Positions 10,785-21,058 of a DNA stretch of 64,000 nucleotides are shown piece after piece. The translations under genes were made by a program, and so were the position numbers. How positions within the stretch are numbered: the first letter of the stretch is position 1; every line of letters begins with the position of its first letter. The notes beneath the pieces are model-generated. The model was not told the origin of the DNA, made no database searches, and saw nothing but the letters and a program-made list of their open reading frames with translations. Source of the stretch: Bdellovibrionales bacterium (GTDB lineage: Bacteria > Bdellovibrionota > Bdellovibrionia > Bdellovibrionales > UBA1609); contig CBDHDF010000002.1 in assembly GCA_965261545.1 (NCBI GenBank), forward strand, positions 643,016-707,015. Reading direction: 5' to 3'.

Positions 10785-12661
10785 GGTCTGGGCACCTAAA
10801 AAAAAAGTCCATTGGTGAGAAGTTTAAGGCTCGGGTGAAGTTATTTCCCGAACAGCCCGGTGTGTACTTGATGAAAGATATATCTGGAAAAATCATATAT
10901 ATTGGAAAAGCCAAAGAACTGCGTACAAGAGTGAGGAGTTACTTCACAGGTTCTAAGGATCACAGCATTAAAACCCAGTATTTGGTCAATCAAATTGATA
11001 ACATTGATTATATGATTACCCACACAGAGGTGGAAGCTTTTTTGCTTGAAGCTTCTCTTATTAAAAAACATCGGCCCAGGTACAATATTCGACTCAAAGA
11101 TGATAAGTCTTATCCCTATATTCGATGTAGTTTGGAGGTGGACTTTCCAAGATTTTACCTGAGTCGCAGAGTAAAAAATGATGGCGCTATGTACTTTGGC
11201 CCCTATACCAGTGGTTTGGCTGTTCGAGATACCATTCGCTTTTTGAATCGAATTTACCAGATAAGGGACTGCACCGATCATTTTATGAAATCGAGAAAAC
11301 GAGCCTGTATGACTCACCAAATAGGTCGATGTACGGCCCCTTGTGTAAACTATATTGCCAAAGAAGAATACCGTGAAAACATTCAAGGAGCACTTTTTTT
11401 TTTAAAGGGTCGGAGTAAAAAAGTTCTTCATCACTTGAAAAAAGAAATGAAGAAGGCCGCCAAAGAAGAGCGCTTTGAAGCTGCCGCAAGATTGCGGGAT
11501 AGTATTTCGGCGGTGGAGGTTATTTGGAAAAAACAGTTTATTGTGAACTCCCATGTAGATACAGATCAAGATGTTATTGCCTACCATGGAGATCACCGAG
11601 GTACCCTCATTGAGACTCTTCATGTTCGCAGTGGTCGTGTGACGGGGAACCGTTCTTATTTTTTCCCAAAGTTGAATGTGCAGGCTGAGGATGAAGACCC
11701 TCGTGAGTGGCTTACATCTTTTATCAACCAGTATTATAGTGAAAATGTCATTCCCGATGAAATTATTATCTCTGTGGACCTAGGGGAAGACCTTTATAAA
11801 CTTCTTGGACAAGTTTTGAAGATGCGTCAGGGCAAGGAGAGGGAAAGTCAGTTTATCTATGTCCATAGGGAAGAGCATGTCCAATTATTAGAACTCGCTC
11901 AAAGCAATGCTGTAAGTCATTTTGAAGACCAAGTTTCTAAGCAAGAAGACCTTGTCCAGGCTCTAAAGATCATTCAAACTCAGTTCAAGCTTCCTGCCCT
12001 TCCCCAAAGAATGGAGTGTTTTGACATCTCTAACTTTCAAGGTGATGAAAGCGTGGCAAGTCAGGTTGTCTTTGTGGGTGGTGTGCCTCAAAAAGATGAG
12101 TATCGTCGCTATAAAATCAAGACGGTGCAGGGGGTCAACGATTATGCAAGTATGAAAGAGGTTTTAGGGAGGCGCTTTCTTCATACGGAATATGATGATC
12201 CTCAGTTAGTTCTTGTGGATGGGGGACGTGGCCAACTCAATAAGGCTGTGGAAATCTTAAAAGAGCTAGGGCGTTCTGAAATACCTGTTGTGGGAATAGC
12301 CAAGGCAAGAACCGAGAGGAACTTTCAAAAAGAAGAAGTGGTTGAAAGCGAGGAGCGCTTTTTTTTGCCCCAAAGACAAAACCCTGTGACCTTCTCAAGA
12401 GGGGGGGCTCTTCACATATTGGTTCAAATGCGAGATGAAGCCCATCGATTTGCCATCACCTATCATAGGAATTTAAGAGGTAAGAATTTACTGTCCAGTG
12501 AACTCGACAAAGTAAAGGGGCTTGGGGAGGTGCGAAAAAAAGCTTTGCTTCAGAAGTTTGGCTCCGTGGAAAAGCTCAAAAACGCCTCTGCCGAGGAAAT
12601 ATCTAAAGTTCAAGGCTTTTCAATGAATTTGGTTGAGAAAATTCTGAAACAACTTGGTTAA
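10781..12661 (+). CDS. uvrC: Excinuclease ABC subunit C
   Basis: GIY-YIG (PGVYLM..IYIGKAK), [27 protein letters not shown] and C-terminal HhH. Confidence 0.98.
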   Translation: MRSGHLKKKSIGEKFKARVKLFPEQPGVYLMKDISGKIIYIGKAKELRTRVRSYFTGSKDHSIKTQYLVNQIDNIDYMITHTEVEAFLLEASLIKKHRPRYNIRLKDDKSYPYIRCSLEVDFPRFYLSRRVKNDGAMYFGPYTSGLAVRDTIRFLNRIYQIRDCTDHFMKSRKRACMTHQIGRCTAPCVNYIAKEEYRENIQGALFFLKGRSKKVLHHLKKEMKKAAKEERFEAAARLRDSISAVEVIWKKQFIVNSHVDTDQDVIAYHGDHRGTLIETLHVRSGRVTGNRSYFFPKLNVQAEDEDPREWLTSFINQYYSENVIPDEIIISVDLGEDLYKLLGQVLKMRQGKERESQFIYVHREEHVQLLELAQSNAVSHFEDQVSKQEDLVQALKIIQTQFKLPALPQRMECFDISNFQGDESVASQVVFVGGVPQKDEYRRYKIKTVQGVNDYASMKEVLGRRFLHTEYDDPQLVLVDGGRGQLNKAVEILKELGRSEIPVVGIAKARTERNFQKEEVVESEERFFLPQRQNPVTFSRGGALHILVQMRDEAHRFAITYHRNLRGKNLLSSELDKVKGLGEVRKKALLQKFGSVEKLKNASAEEISKVQGFSMNLVEKILKQLG

Positions 12662-12679
12662 ATTGAAAAATATCATTGT

Positions 12680-15154
12680 ATGATATGGCGCATATATTGT
12701 AGATATTACACCATTGCATGTGTTCTATCAAGTAAGGGGCAACTAGGGGGGGAACCAAGTTTGTTCATAATAAGGAACTTTGTAGTATTCATTTTTATAG
12801 GGCTTATCATTATTCCCGGAACTCTCATTTTTAAGATGGGCAGTCTCTCTGCGGAGTCCATTAAGGTTTTTGTTCGTCCAAAGCTTTTAGATCAGCTGGA
12901 AGAAATTGCGACTGTTGAGGTGATCGCCCTCATAAACAATGAAAGACCATTTGAAGTCAACGAGGAGCAAGTTCAAGAACTCAAAAACTTAGTGGCAAAC
13001 TCTCCATATCCAACGAGTCATTGGTTAGCTATAAGTCGCTTGGCCCGTATTTATCATAAAACTCAGCCTGATGGTTACAAAGATGAACTTGCTCAAATGC
13101 TGACGGAAAAATTTGCTTCTTGCCATGGTCACTTTAGCTGCATTCAAATGGTAGAGCGACTTTTTGAAATTGCTGAAACGATTCCCTCTATTGTCGTCGA
13201 TCATCTGCCCCATATTAAAAAAAGAATTGATAATCTGAGCTTTACCAATGATCTTATTAAATTTTATTTCCAGACAATTCACACCTATGCGGAGTTTATA
13301 AAATATACGGGTATTATGAATCATAGAAGTCGTTCAAAGGTCAATCAAACTTTGGGGGTGCCATCGGACGAGATTAAAAATATTCGCATGCAGCTCCATC
13401 AGCTCAATAATCACTACAAAGACCTTGAAACCATGCTTTTAAAGTGGCAACAAGAAAAAGAACAAGGAAAAAATTTTCCCGTTTATGTGGATATTCTTGA
13501 GGGAGAGGAAAAGGAACTTTTTAATCAACTTAACCCTGATGTAGAAATTTCTGAATATCTTATCAACTACATTCACCAAAAAATGGCTTATTTGAAAAAG
13601 GCCAACTATGCACTCTATCTTTATACAGAGAGGTATGAAGTAAGAACTCCCATGTCTTGGTTGATGAGTATTAAGGAAAAAACAGAGCTTTCTCTTGGCG
13701 ATACTCACTATTTGTCGACAAGGGATGCTTTTTGGTTACTTGTGAGATTTTGCCATCTTGAGTTTGAGCTTCCCTATCGACGTGAATGGATAGATGCGAT
13801 GAGGTCCTTGGGACATCTGGCTTGGCAAAAGGACCCAGAGCAAAGGGAGGGCATTGAAGCTATTCTTGCTCAGAAACAAAAAATTTATGAAAATATTAAT
13901 AATTTCTATGAAAGTTTTCTTGAAGAGGAGTATAACCATCTTTCCTCAGGAGAAAAAGAATTTATTAAACAGCAATTTAGTGAAGAACAAGAAAAACATC
14001 TTTTTAATCAAGGTGGTATTTTCTTAAGTTTTTTTAGTGAGTCTCTAAGCAAAATAAAACTCTATATTGAATTAGAAGAAGTTACAAGAAAACATGAAGA
14101 GATTAGAAATAAGAAAGAAAATCAAAGTAAGAAAGAAAATCAAAGTAAGAAAGAGATCGAACACTATGAAAAGAAGTACTACCAATTGGTTGATCTCAAT
14201 AGCATCCGTTGGCTTAGATTGCAGTGTAGCTTTATGGCAGCTACTTACAATCTCAACAAAACAAGATTTTCAAGATACCAAAATAGAGCTTGGTCACACC
14301 CCCATTGGCGGAGAACTCCCATTAGTCATGAAAATTATTCTATGCGTGAGGCTTGTTACTTCTATGGATCTCACCTTCGTAAACTAAGACAGTTTGCTGC
14401 TAGTCCCACTGTCTCCCAGTACGTTAGGAACTATATTACAAAGTTGGCTCCAAAACGAAGAGTATTGAAAAAGACACTTAATTCAACAGAGTTCCAATTG
14501 GCTCTAAGTATTGTTGCCATTTATATGACTGGTGGAACCTACAATCTGCTCTTTCAAGGTGGAAAATCTCTCATAAAAAGGATGGTGACCCAATCCACAG
14601 CGAAAAAAATTTCTCAAAAGATGGCTCAATTAGCTCCTTCGCTCGTTAATACCACAGGCCAAACTCTCACTTATATGGGAAAGGGGACTTTACAATCATT
14701 GATTTATACCTTGATGTATGGTTCATTGGCTGTGGCTGTCGGCAATAAAAGCGTTTTTAAGAAATTTGGCGATTATTACACTTACAATGCTGTTTTTTAC
14801 TTGGCTTATCCCGCCTATATGAAGGCGGCAGGGATGATATTTCAGAGGGCTTCAGTGGCTAAGGGAAGTCGCTCCATGGCTAAGAAGGCCAGGGTTTTGA
14901 TGCAAAAAACTCCCGCTTTGATGAAGTTGAATCCTGTGATGAATCACTCTTTGATGCGGGGTTTTTTGAGTGTCAATCGCCAGGTCCTTTCCTATGTACC
15001 GGTTGCCCCTATGGTGTCTGTTGTTGATAATATTTGGCGCAATAAAAGTAAGAAATACTGGAAGAATACTAAAGAACTCAGTGAAGAAATCTATATGAGC
15101 TATCTTTTTGTTATTTTTTCTCGTTGCTCTGCTCACTTGGTTTATTCCCATTAG
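12680..15154 (+). CDS. Large hypothetical protein with an N-terminal hydrophobic anchor, helical body and hydrophobic C-terminal helices
   Basis: 824-aa ORF; no family motif recognised. Confidence 0.7.
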   Translation: MIWRIYCRYYTIACVLSSKGQLGGEPSLFIIRNFVVFIFIGLIIIPGTLIFKMGSLSAESIKVFVRPKLLDQLEEIATVEVIALINNERPFEVNEEQVQELKNLVANSPYPTSHWLAISRLARIYHKTQPDGYKDELAQMLTEKFASCHGHFSCIQMVERLFEIAETIPSIVVDHLPHIKKRIDNLSFTNDLIKFYFQTIHTYAEFIKYTGIMNHRSRSKVNQTLGVPSDEIKNIRMQLHQLNNHYKDLETMLLKWQQEKEQGKNFPVYVDILEGEEKELFNQLNPDVEISEYLINYIHQKMAYLKKANYALYLYTERYEVRTPMSWLMSIKEKTELSLGDTHYLSTRDAFWLLVRFCHLEFELPYRREWIDAMRSLGHLAWQKDPEQREGIEAILAQKQKIYENINNFYESFLEEEYNHLSSGEKEFIKQQFSEEQEKHLFNQGGIFLSFFSESLSKIKLYIELEEVTRKHEEIRNKKENQSKKENQSKKEIEHYEKKYYQLVDLNSIRWLRLQCSFMAATYNLNKTRFSRYQNRAWSHPHWRRTPISHENYSMREACYFYGSHLRKLRQFAASPTVSQYVRNYITKLAPKRRVLKKTLNSTEFQLALSIVAIYMTGGTYNLLFQGGKSLIKRMVTQSTAKKISQKMAQLAPSLVNTTGQTLTYMGKGTLQSLIYTLMYGSLAVAVGNKSVFKKFGDYYTYNAVFYLAYPAYMKAAGMIFQRASVAKGSRSMAKKARVLMQKTPALMKLNPVMNHSLMRGFLSVNRQVLSYVPVAPMVSVVDNIWRNKSKKYWKNTKELSEEIYMSYLFVIFSRCSAHLVYSH

Positions 15155-15213
15155 TGCTTGGTTCACTCTCGTTAATTATATTGGAAAAGAGTTTTGAATC
15201 TCAGAAATAATTT

Positions 15214-16653
15214 TTAAATTCTTAAAACAGTTCCCAGCATTCTCATGCATTTGACTTTGAATTTTTGGATGAAATTTATTTGGATGTTGATTCTCTCAGA
15301 CATAAACATATTCATATCTCTGTAGATAACATTCCAAGTGATAGGATTGAGTCCCTTGGCACTGATGCAGACTGCTTTATCAATGAGAATAATATGGTGC
15401 TTAATTCCATTAAAAATAAGATGTCCATAGGAGTGGGGAGTTTTTCTAAATCCAATTCTTTTATAAGTCGGCCATAATTGATCGTCGGCAGAGGTGATAA
15501 CATAGTCTCTGTCTGAAGCTAAGAAAACTCTATAAATATGCTCAAATATCCTTATGAGAAGATCACTGCGCCTGTATTCATCATCAATGCAAAGTCTTGA
15601 TACTTCCATAAGATTCATTTTACGAGGCAAATCCTGAGGGTATATTTTTCCCAAAGCTCTTTCTACATCTAAAATAGTAATTTCACTTTTTGGAAATGAT
15701 AGCGCTACTGTTGCAATGATTTTAGACCCATGGTAGGCAGCAAGAATACGGCTAATATGATCCAAGGGGGCGATAAGTTCTCTGGGATCGATATCTTTAT
15801 CTAGCTTATGGACAGAAACATAAGCTTTTTTTCGTAGTTCAAGGACTTTATTGTATTCCATTATATCTTTTTCACAGTTAATGAAGCGAATACGAAAGTG
15901 ATTGGAGATGATTTTTGCCTTTAAACCAACTTTTCTTAATTGATGGGGAGTGTGAGTGTCATTGTAGAGAAGGTGGGCGACAAGGTCTTTTTCCAAGTCT
16001 TTCGTCAACTTCTTAATATTTAAAAGAACCTCAAATTTTTCTCCATTTCTTCGTATATCTGCCACCATTCCCTCAAGGGGTTTTTTTGTATTGTTGACAA
16101 TGGTCAAGTTCAACATGGCGGACATACCTGGAAAGATAAAGGCTTCTGTCGTCTGAAAGAGTTCAAATACAATTTTTGTTTGGCTTAGCATCTTGAGTTT
16201 TATAGCTATTTTTTCGTTGTAAAATATATCTTGATACAGGTAAGCCACAATGGGAACTTTGTCATTAACAGTGAGAACCTCAGTTTCACTAAAAATTTCT
16301 CGAAATGGTTTTTCCTCTTCTTTCCTTTGGAGTCCACAGCGCCGGCCGATATCTTCATCTTTGATCCATAAGCACTTGTAGTCCATTTCAATATGATTCT
16401 CTTTAGCCCATTTTCTATGAATGAATATTTTGTAGGTTTTCTCACACTGAAGAGCGTCTTTGTCGTCGTCTCCTAAGATGATAGAAAGTCCTGACAAAGA
16501 GATATCGTAAACTCGAACCTCTAGGTTTTTGTCACCCAAGCAAATTACGGCTGATAAGCCATCACTGGGCCGGATATCTATTCTTTCTGTTGCTCTTTTT
16601 TGAACAACAGATAAATGAGCTCTTTTTTTTGATATAAACTGAGTACGTGCCAC
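15214..16653 (-). CDS. PilZ-domain plus GNAT-fold N-acyltransferase (FeeM/N-acyl amino acid synthase or LuxI-like)
   Basis: KRATER (RxxxR) and DISLSG (DxSxxG) c-di-GMP motifs; C-terminal LELRKKAY..LDHISRIL..EVSRLCID..YKRIGF. Confidence 0.75.
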   Translation of the reverse strand: MARTQFISKKRAHLSVVQKRATERIDIRPSDGLSAVICLGDKNLEVRVYDISLSGLSIILGDDDKDALQCEKTYKIFIHRKWAKENHIEMDYKCLWIKDEDIGRRCGLQRKEEEKPFREIFSETEVLTVNDKVPIVAYLYQDIFYNEKIAIKLKMLSQTKIVFELFQTTEAFIFPGMSAMLNLTIVNNTKKPLEGMVADIRRNGEKFEVLLNIKKLTKDLEKDLVAHLLYNDTHTPHQLRKVGLKAKIISNHFRIRFINCEKDIMEYNKVLELRKKAYVSVHKLDKDIDPRELIAPLDHISRILAAYHGSKIIATVALSFPKSEITILDVERALGKIYPQDLPRKMNLMEVSRLCIDDEYRRSDLLIRIFEHIYRVFLASDRDYVITSADDQLWPTYKRIGFRKTPHSYGHLIFNGIKHHIILIDKAVCISAKGLNPITWNVIYRDMNMFMSERINIQINFIQKFKVKCMRMLGTVLRI

Positions 16654-16797
16654 TTTTCACCTTTGGAGTTGCCACGAAGTTATCGACTTCCTTCTCTTAG
16701 TCAAGCTTTCTTCCTATCCTATATATCTACCAAAGATATGAGAGAGGGCTTTTAGAGAGGTTTTTCGTTGTGACATCACCTAACTTTTCATAATCAC

Positions 16798-16824
16798 TTA
16801 TCGGACTTAAGTCCTAATACTTGA
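16798..16824 (-). promoter_or_regulatory. Putative sigma-28 (FliA) promoter for the PilZ-GNAT gene
   Basis: Minus strand TCAA-N15-TCCGATAA; sigma-28 consensus is TAAA-N15-GCCGATAA. Confidence 0.6.
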
Positions 16825-16848
16825 GTTGTTTTTTTAGAGAATAGAGGT

Positions 16849-18531
16849 GTGAGGCATTATTTCTTGGACATCTTCTTTCTATTATTATACATCAGAGGAA
16901 TGAAAAAAGTGGCTCAAATTACAAAAAGTAGCACAGCCGAGTATTTTGCTAAAAATCTACAGCAAGTGGGCTTTTCCTCTCCCTTGAAGGCTGTTCTCAC
17001 CACCTTGAAAGAGTCCGTAGATAATTCCTTGGATGCCTGTGAGGAAGCTCAGATACTTCCCAGCATTCAGGTTTCTGTTAAAAAGGTGGGAAAGGGCTCC
17101 ACAAGAAACAGCGATCTCATTTCTATCACTGTGGAAGACAATGGGCCCGGCCTCGATGGGGCCAGTCTTCCCAAGGTTTTTGGGGAATACTTGGCCTCAT
17201 CAAAGTTTGGACGTGGTCAATGCTCCCGTGGACAACAGGGTATTGGTATTTCGGCTGCTACGACTTGGGCTCAGTTGACCAATGCCGCTGGTGTGAGGGT
17301 CGTTAGTAAGACTCCAAATATGCGCCAAGCTTTGCAAGCCACAGTGGATGTGGATATCAAAGGTAACAAGGGGATTCTCAAAGATAAAAAAATCATGGAT
17401 TGGAATAAGCCCCATGGGTTAAAGGTGGAATTTCGAATTGATGGGCGCATTCAACTCAACGGGGATGGTGGTTTGATTACTTACTTAGAGGGAACCACCC
17501 TTGTCAACCCTCACTTGAGTCTTAGCTATGAACTCTTAGATATAAAAAAGCAGGTGGAAAGAGTTTCCCAAGAGGTTCCCCATATCCCCGAAGCGACCCT
17601 TCCCCACCCTCACACCATGAAATTGGGAGAATTTTTAACCCATGCTCATTTGTACGGCCACCTGTCCTTAAAGAACTTTTTAAAAAATGGTTTTTCAAGA
17701 GTCACAGATAGGACGCTTACAGAAATCATTCAAAAGGGGCTGCCTCGAAAGCATCTAAATACTCTGGTTAAAAAAATCTCTGAAAGTGATTTTAAGAAAA
17801 TCTTTCAAGCCATTCAGCAATCCGAACTTTCATCCCCCAGCACTCGTTCCGTTCTCACCGTGGGGGAGGAGGGGCTCACTAACAGCATTCACCGCCTCGG
17901 TCAAGTGGATTTCTTAAGTGTGGTCACTCGTACACCAAGAATTTGTGATTTTAAGCCCGTAGTGGTCGAAGTGGCCATTGCTCGTTTTGAAGATAAAAAA
18001 TCCGCTACAGAAAATGAGTTCATTCAGCTTTTAAGGTTTGCCAATCGGGTCCCCCTGCAATTTGATAAGTCGGCCTGTGCTATCACCCGTGCTGTAGAGT
18101 CGGTCAACTGGCGCTCCTATGGTTTGGCCCAGTCCAAGAATAGCCTCCCCCTAGGCCCCTATGTGTTTGCCATTTCAGTCACCTCACCTTTTATCAAATT
18201 TAAGAATGCTTCCAAGGAAACCATTGATGCCAGTGACGATCTTGTGGAAGAGCTACGCCTGGCCCTGATGCGCACGGGGCAAAAACTCTCACGCCACATC
18301 CGAAGGGAAAACAAGGCGGCGGACCTAGAGAGAAAAAGACAGCATATTGAAAAATTTGCTCCTATTTTAGTGGAGGGGCTCACGCGAATCGCGAAGGCTT
18401 CTCTTTCAAGAAAGGCCAAGGCCGAAGAGGGGCTTAAAAAAATTCTTGGGAGAGACGCCGATGCGGCTGAAAAAGACCTCCAAACGGCGGAGTCTCGTTT
18501 GGAAGCTCTTAAGAAGGCAGAAAGGAGTTAG
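16849..18531 (+). CDS. top6B: DNA topoisomerase VI subunit B (start probably about 16900)
   Basis: GHKL motifs ESVDNSLDA, VEDNGPG, SRGQQGIGIS; transducer motifs RFANRVPL and ASKE. Confidence 0.95.
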   Translation: MRHYFLDIFFLLLYIRGMKKVAQITKSSTAEYFAKNLQQVGFSSPLKAVLTTLKESVDNSLDACEEAQILPSIQVSVKKVGKGSTRNSDLISITVEDNGPGLDGASLPKVFGEYLASSKFGRGQCSRGQQGIGISAATTWAQLTNAAGVRVVSKTPNMRQALQATVDVDIKGNKGILKDKKIMDWNKPHGLKVEFRIDGRIQLNGDGGLITYLEGTTLVNPHLSLSYELLDIKKQVERVSQEVPHIPEATLPHPHTMKLGEFLTHAHLYGHLSLKNFLKNGFSRVTDRTLTEIIQKGLPRKHLNTLVKKISESDFKKIFQAIQQSELSSPSTRSVLTVGEEGLTNSIHRLGQVDFLSVVTRTPRICDFKPVVVEVAIARFEDKKSATENEFIQLLRFANRVPLQFDKSACAITRAVESVNWRSYGLAQSKNSLPLGPYVFAISVTSPFIKFKNASKETIDASDDLVEELRLALMRTGQKLSRHIRRENKAADLERKRQHIEKFAPILVEGLTRIAKASLSRKAKAEEGLKKILGRDADAAEKDLQTAESRLEALKKAERS

Positions 18532-18533
18532 TT

Positions 18534-19694
18534 ATGTCATTGATTAAAATACGCCGTCTGGACAAAAATATTCCCAAAGTGACCAAGGAATTATGCGACC
18601 ATATGCTTAAGGAATTGGAATCCGCAAGGCGCCCCATGCTCCAAGCCACCAAGTGTTCCCTAGATAATGCCACTTATAGTTCCACCAAGGGCTACTTAAG
18701 ACCTGGAAACAAGGTTGTCACCACAGAACTTAATGTGTCTTCGGTTCAAAAGCTTGCCAGAACCATATTTATGTTAGAAACACTCTTAAACAATTTAAAG
18801 ACGGGGGCTGTCAATACAAAGCGTGAGATTTACTATATCTCCAAGGGAGCCGTTAGATCCAACGTCCATTTTCAACCCATTGATTTTGAGACACAAGATG
18901 AGAGTGATGCCATCATTAACTACATTTGTGACTTGCTTGAAGTTTACCGCGAAGAAATGAATTGCTATGCCAATGATCGTGGAGGACAAACCTACTCTAA
19001 AAACCTTATTGTCGTGGAAACCCTTGAAGATGACTCCAAGGCCACCATAGATCTTTCTCTCTTGGGAACCACTCCCTTTCAGCCAAAAAATAAACCCCAA
19101 CAGTTCAAGCTGAGAGCTAAGGGAAAACTCGATTTTTGCTTAGTTGTTGAGTCTGAAGGTACAGCCAACACTCTTGTCACCAACGGCTTCACCAAAAGAA
19201 ACAAATGCATTGTTGTTGGAGCCCAGGGGGTTCCTAGCAATGGTGTTCGTGGGTGGTGTAAAACGATTCAAGATCAGCTGCAAATTCCCATTTATTTTTA
19301 CGGAGATTTAGATGCCTACACTTTGCAAAATATTTATAGAACACTGAAGGCCGGTTCGGCAGCGAGTCTCATTAGAAATCGCGATTTTTCGGCTCCCAAG
19401 GTGCGTTTTTTGGGAGTGTTACCCGAAGATGTCTCTAAATACGATCTTCACTGTTATGACGTCAACGACAAGAACCCCACAGAAAATCGTTCTCTCAAAA
19501 AGGCCAGAGATGTTCTTAGCAACGATCCATTTTTTATGGATAAGAAGAATAAGAAGCTGACTGAAATATTAAAGTGGCTCCTTAAAAATAAGAAACGATG
19601 TGAGCAACAAGCTATTTTTGCCGTGGACCCCAAAGACCCCCTTTTTCCTGAAAAGATTATTTTAGAGAAAATCAATAAAAAAATCTACGCATAA
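18534..19694 (+). CDS. top6A: DNA topoisomerase VI subunit A (Spo11 family)
   Basis: TKREIYY (catalytic Tyr region), Q.ESD, TOPRIM motifs VVESE, GAQGVP, GDLDAY; directly follows top6B. Confidence 0.93.
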   Translation: MSLIKIRRLDKNIPKVTKELCDHMLKELESARRPMLQATKCSLDNATYSSTKGYLRPGNKVVTTELNVSSVQKLARTIFMLETLLNNLKTGAVNTKREIYYISKGAVRSNVHFQPIDFETQDESDAIINYICDLLEVYREEMNCYANDRGGQTYSKNLIVVETLEDDSKATIDLSLLGTTPFQPKNKPQQFKLRAKGKLDFCLVVESEGTANTLVTNGFTKRNKCIVVGAQGVPSNGVRGWCKTIQDQLQIPIYFYGDLDAYTLQNIYRTLKAGSAASLIRNRDFSAPKVRFLGVLPEDVSKYDLHCYDVNDKNPTENRSLKKARDVLSNDPFFMDKKNKKLTEILKWLLKNKKRCEQQAIFAVDPKDPLFPEKIILEKINKKIYA

Positions 19695-19857
19695 TGTACT
19701 TGTATTACTTGGGCCATACACGAAACTAATGCGCTAAGTCGCCGATCTGCATTGACCTCTTTGACTCATCTTGGTAACTAATCGTCTAGCTGACCAGGCT
19801 GTTAGGTGTTACGTTAGGTGATTGCATAAGTGATTATAAGATGATTTAGGTGGTTGT

Positions 19858-21048
19858 ATGAAAAACTACTTTTTTACAAGTGAATCTGTCTCAGAAGGTC
19901 ACCCCGATAAAATGGCGGACCAAATTAGTGATGCTATTTTAGATGCTCTCCTCAAACAAGACCCTCAAAGTCGTGTGGCCTGTGAGACCATGATCTCTAC
20001 AGACTTTATTGCCCTTGCCGGAGAAATTACAACACAAGCGAAGGTGGATTTTGCAGAAGTGGCCCGTCAAGTGGTTCGAGATATTGGCTACGATGACAAG
20101 GGCAAAGGCTTTGATCACAAATCTTGTGATATTTTTACAGCCATGGACCCCCAGAGTTCTGATATTGCCATGGGAGTCAATGATGATAAGCACGAGCAGG
20201 GGGCCGGGGATCAGGGGATTATGTTTGGTTATGCGATCAGGGAGACCCCCGAACTTATGCCCCTCACTATTAGCTTGTCCCACCAACTTGTTTATAATTT
20301 AATGAAAATTAGGAAGAATAAAGATCATGAGATGTCTTGTTTTCTTCTTCCCGATAGCAAAAGTCAGGTGACAGTGGAGTATTTGGAGGGCCAGGCCCAT
20401 CGCATTGACACCATTGTTCTTTCCACCCAACACTCTGCGGATATCTCCATGAAATCTCTCAAAGCCTTTATCCTTGAGGAGTTAATTCCTTTGACGATTC
20501 CAAGTCATTGGATTGACAACAAGACCAAGTTTTTTGTGAACCCAACAGGACGCTTTGTCATTGGAGGCCCCCATGGAGACTGTGGGCTTACGGGAAGAAA
20601 AATTATTGTGGACACCTACGGTGGGCATGGAGCCCACGGTGGAGGTGCTTTTTCTGGCAAGGACCCCTCCAAGGTGGATCGTTCGGCTTCCTATGTGGCT
20701 CGACATATTGCCAAGAATATTGTAGGTGCAGGGCTGGCAGATAAGTGTCTTGTGCAACTGTCCTACGCCATTGGAGTGGCTGCGCCTACAAGTCTTATGG
20801 TTAATGACTTTGGAACAGGAAAGGTCTCCAGCGAGGTGTTGACTCAGGCGGTTCATGAGGTTTGGGATCTTCGGCCGGCGGCCATTGTGGAAAGTTTTGA
20901 TCTTCTTCAGCCACACTATCGCAAGACGGCGGCCTATGGTCATTTTGGAAGGGAATCCGAAGAATTCACCTGGGAGAAGCTCGACCGAGTGGATAAGCTC
21001 AATGATGTTGTGAAAACTCTTGGAACTTTGCGAGCCTGGGTCACTTGA
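19858..21048 (+). CDS. metK: S-adenosylmethionine synthetase
   Basis: [35 protein letters not shown]. Confidence 0.98.
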   Translation: MKNYFFTSESVSEGHPDKMADQISDAILDALLKQDPQSRVACETMISTDFIALAGEITTQAKVDFAEVARQVVRDIGYDDKGKGFDHKSCDIFTAMDPQSSDIAMGVNDDKHEQGAGDQGIMFGYAIRETPELMPLTISLSHQLVYNLMKIRKNKDHEMSCFLLPDSKSQVTVEYLEGQAHRIDTIVLSTQHSADISMKSLKAFILEELIPLTIPSHWIDNKTKFFVNPTGRFVIGGPHGDCGLTGRKIIVDTYGGHGAHGGGAFSGKDPSKVDRSASYVARHIAKNIVGAGLADKCLVQLSYAIGVAAPTSLMVNDFGTGKVSSEVLTQAVHEVWDLRPAAIVESFDLLQPHYRKTAAYGHFGRESEEFTWEKLDRVDKLNDVVKTLGTLRAWVT

Positions 21049-21058
21049 TGAGTATAAA

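Noticed and set aside
19695-19857. SAM riboswitch before metK (and SAH riboswitch before ahcY)
   Set aside because: No SAM-I/II/V or SAH consensus elements seen; the leader is mostly short degenerate repeats
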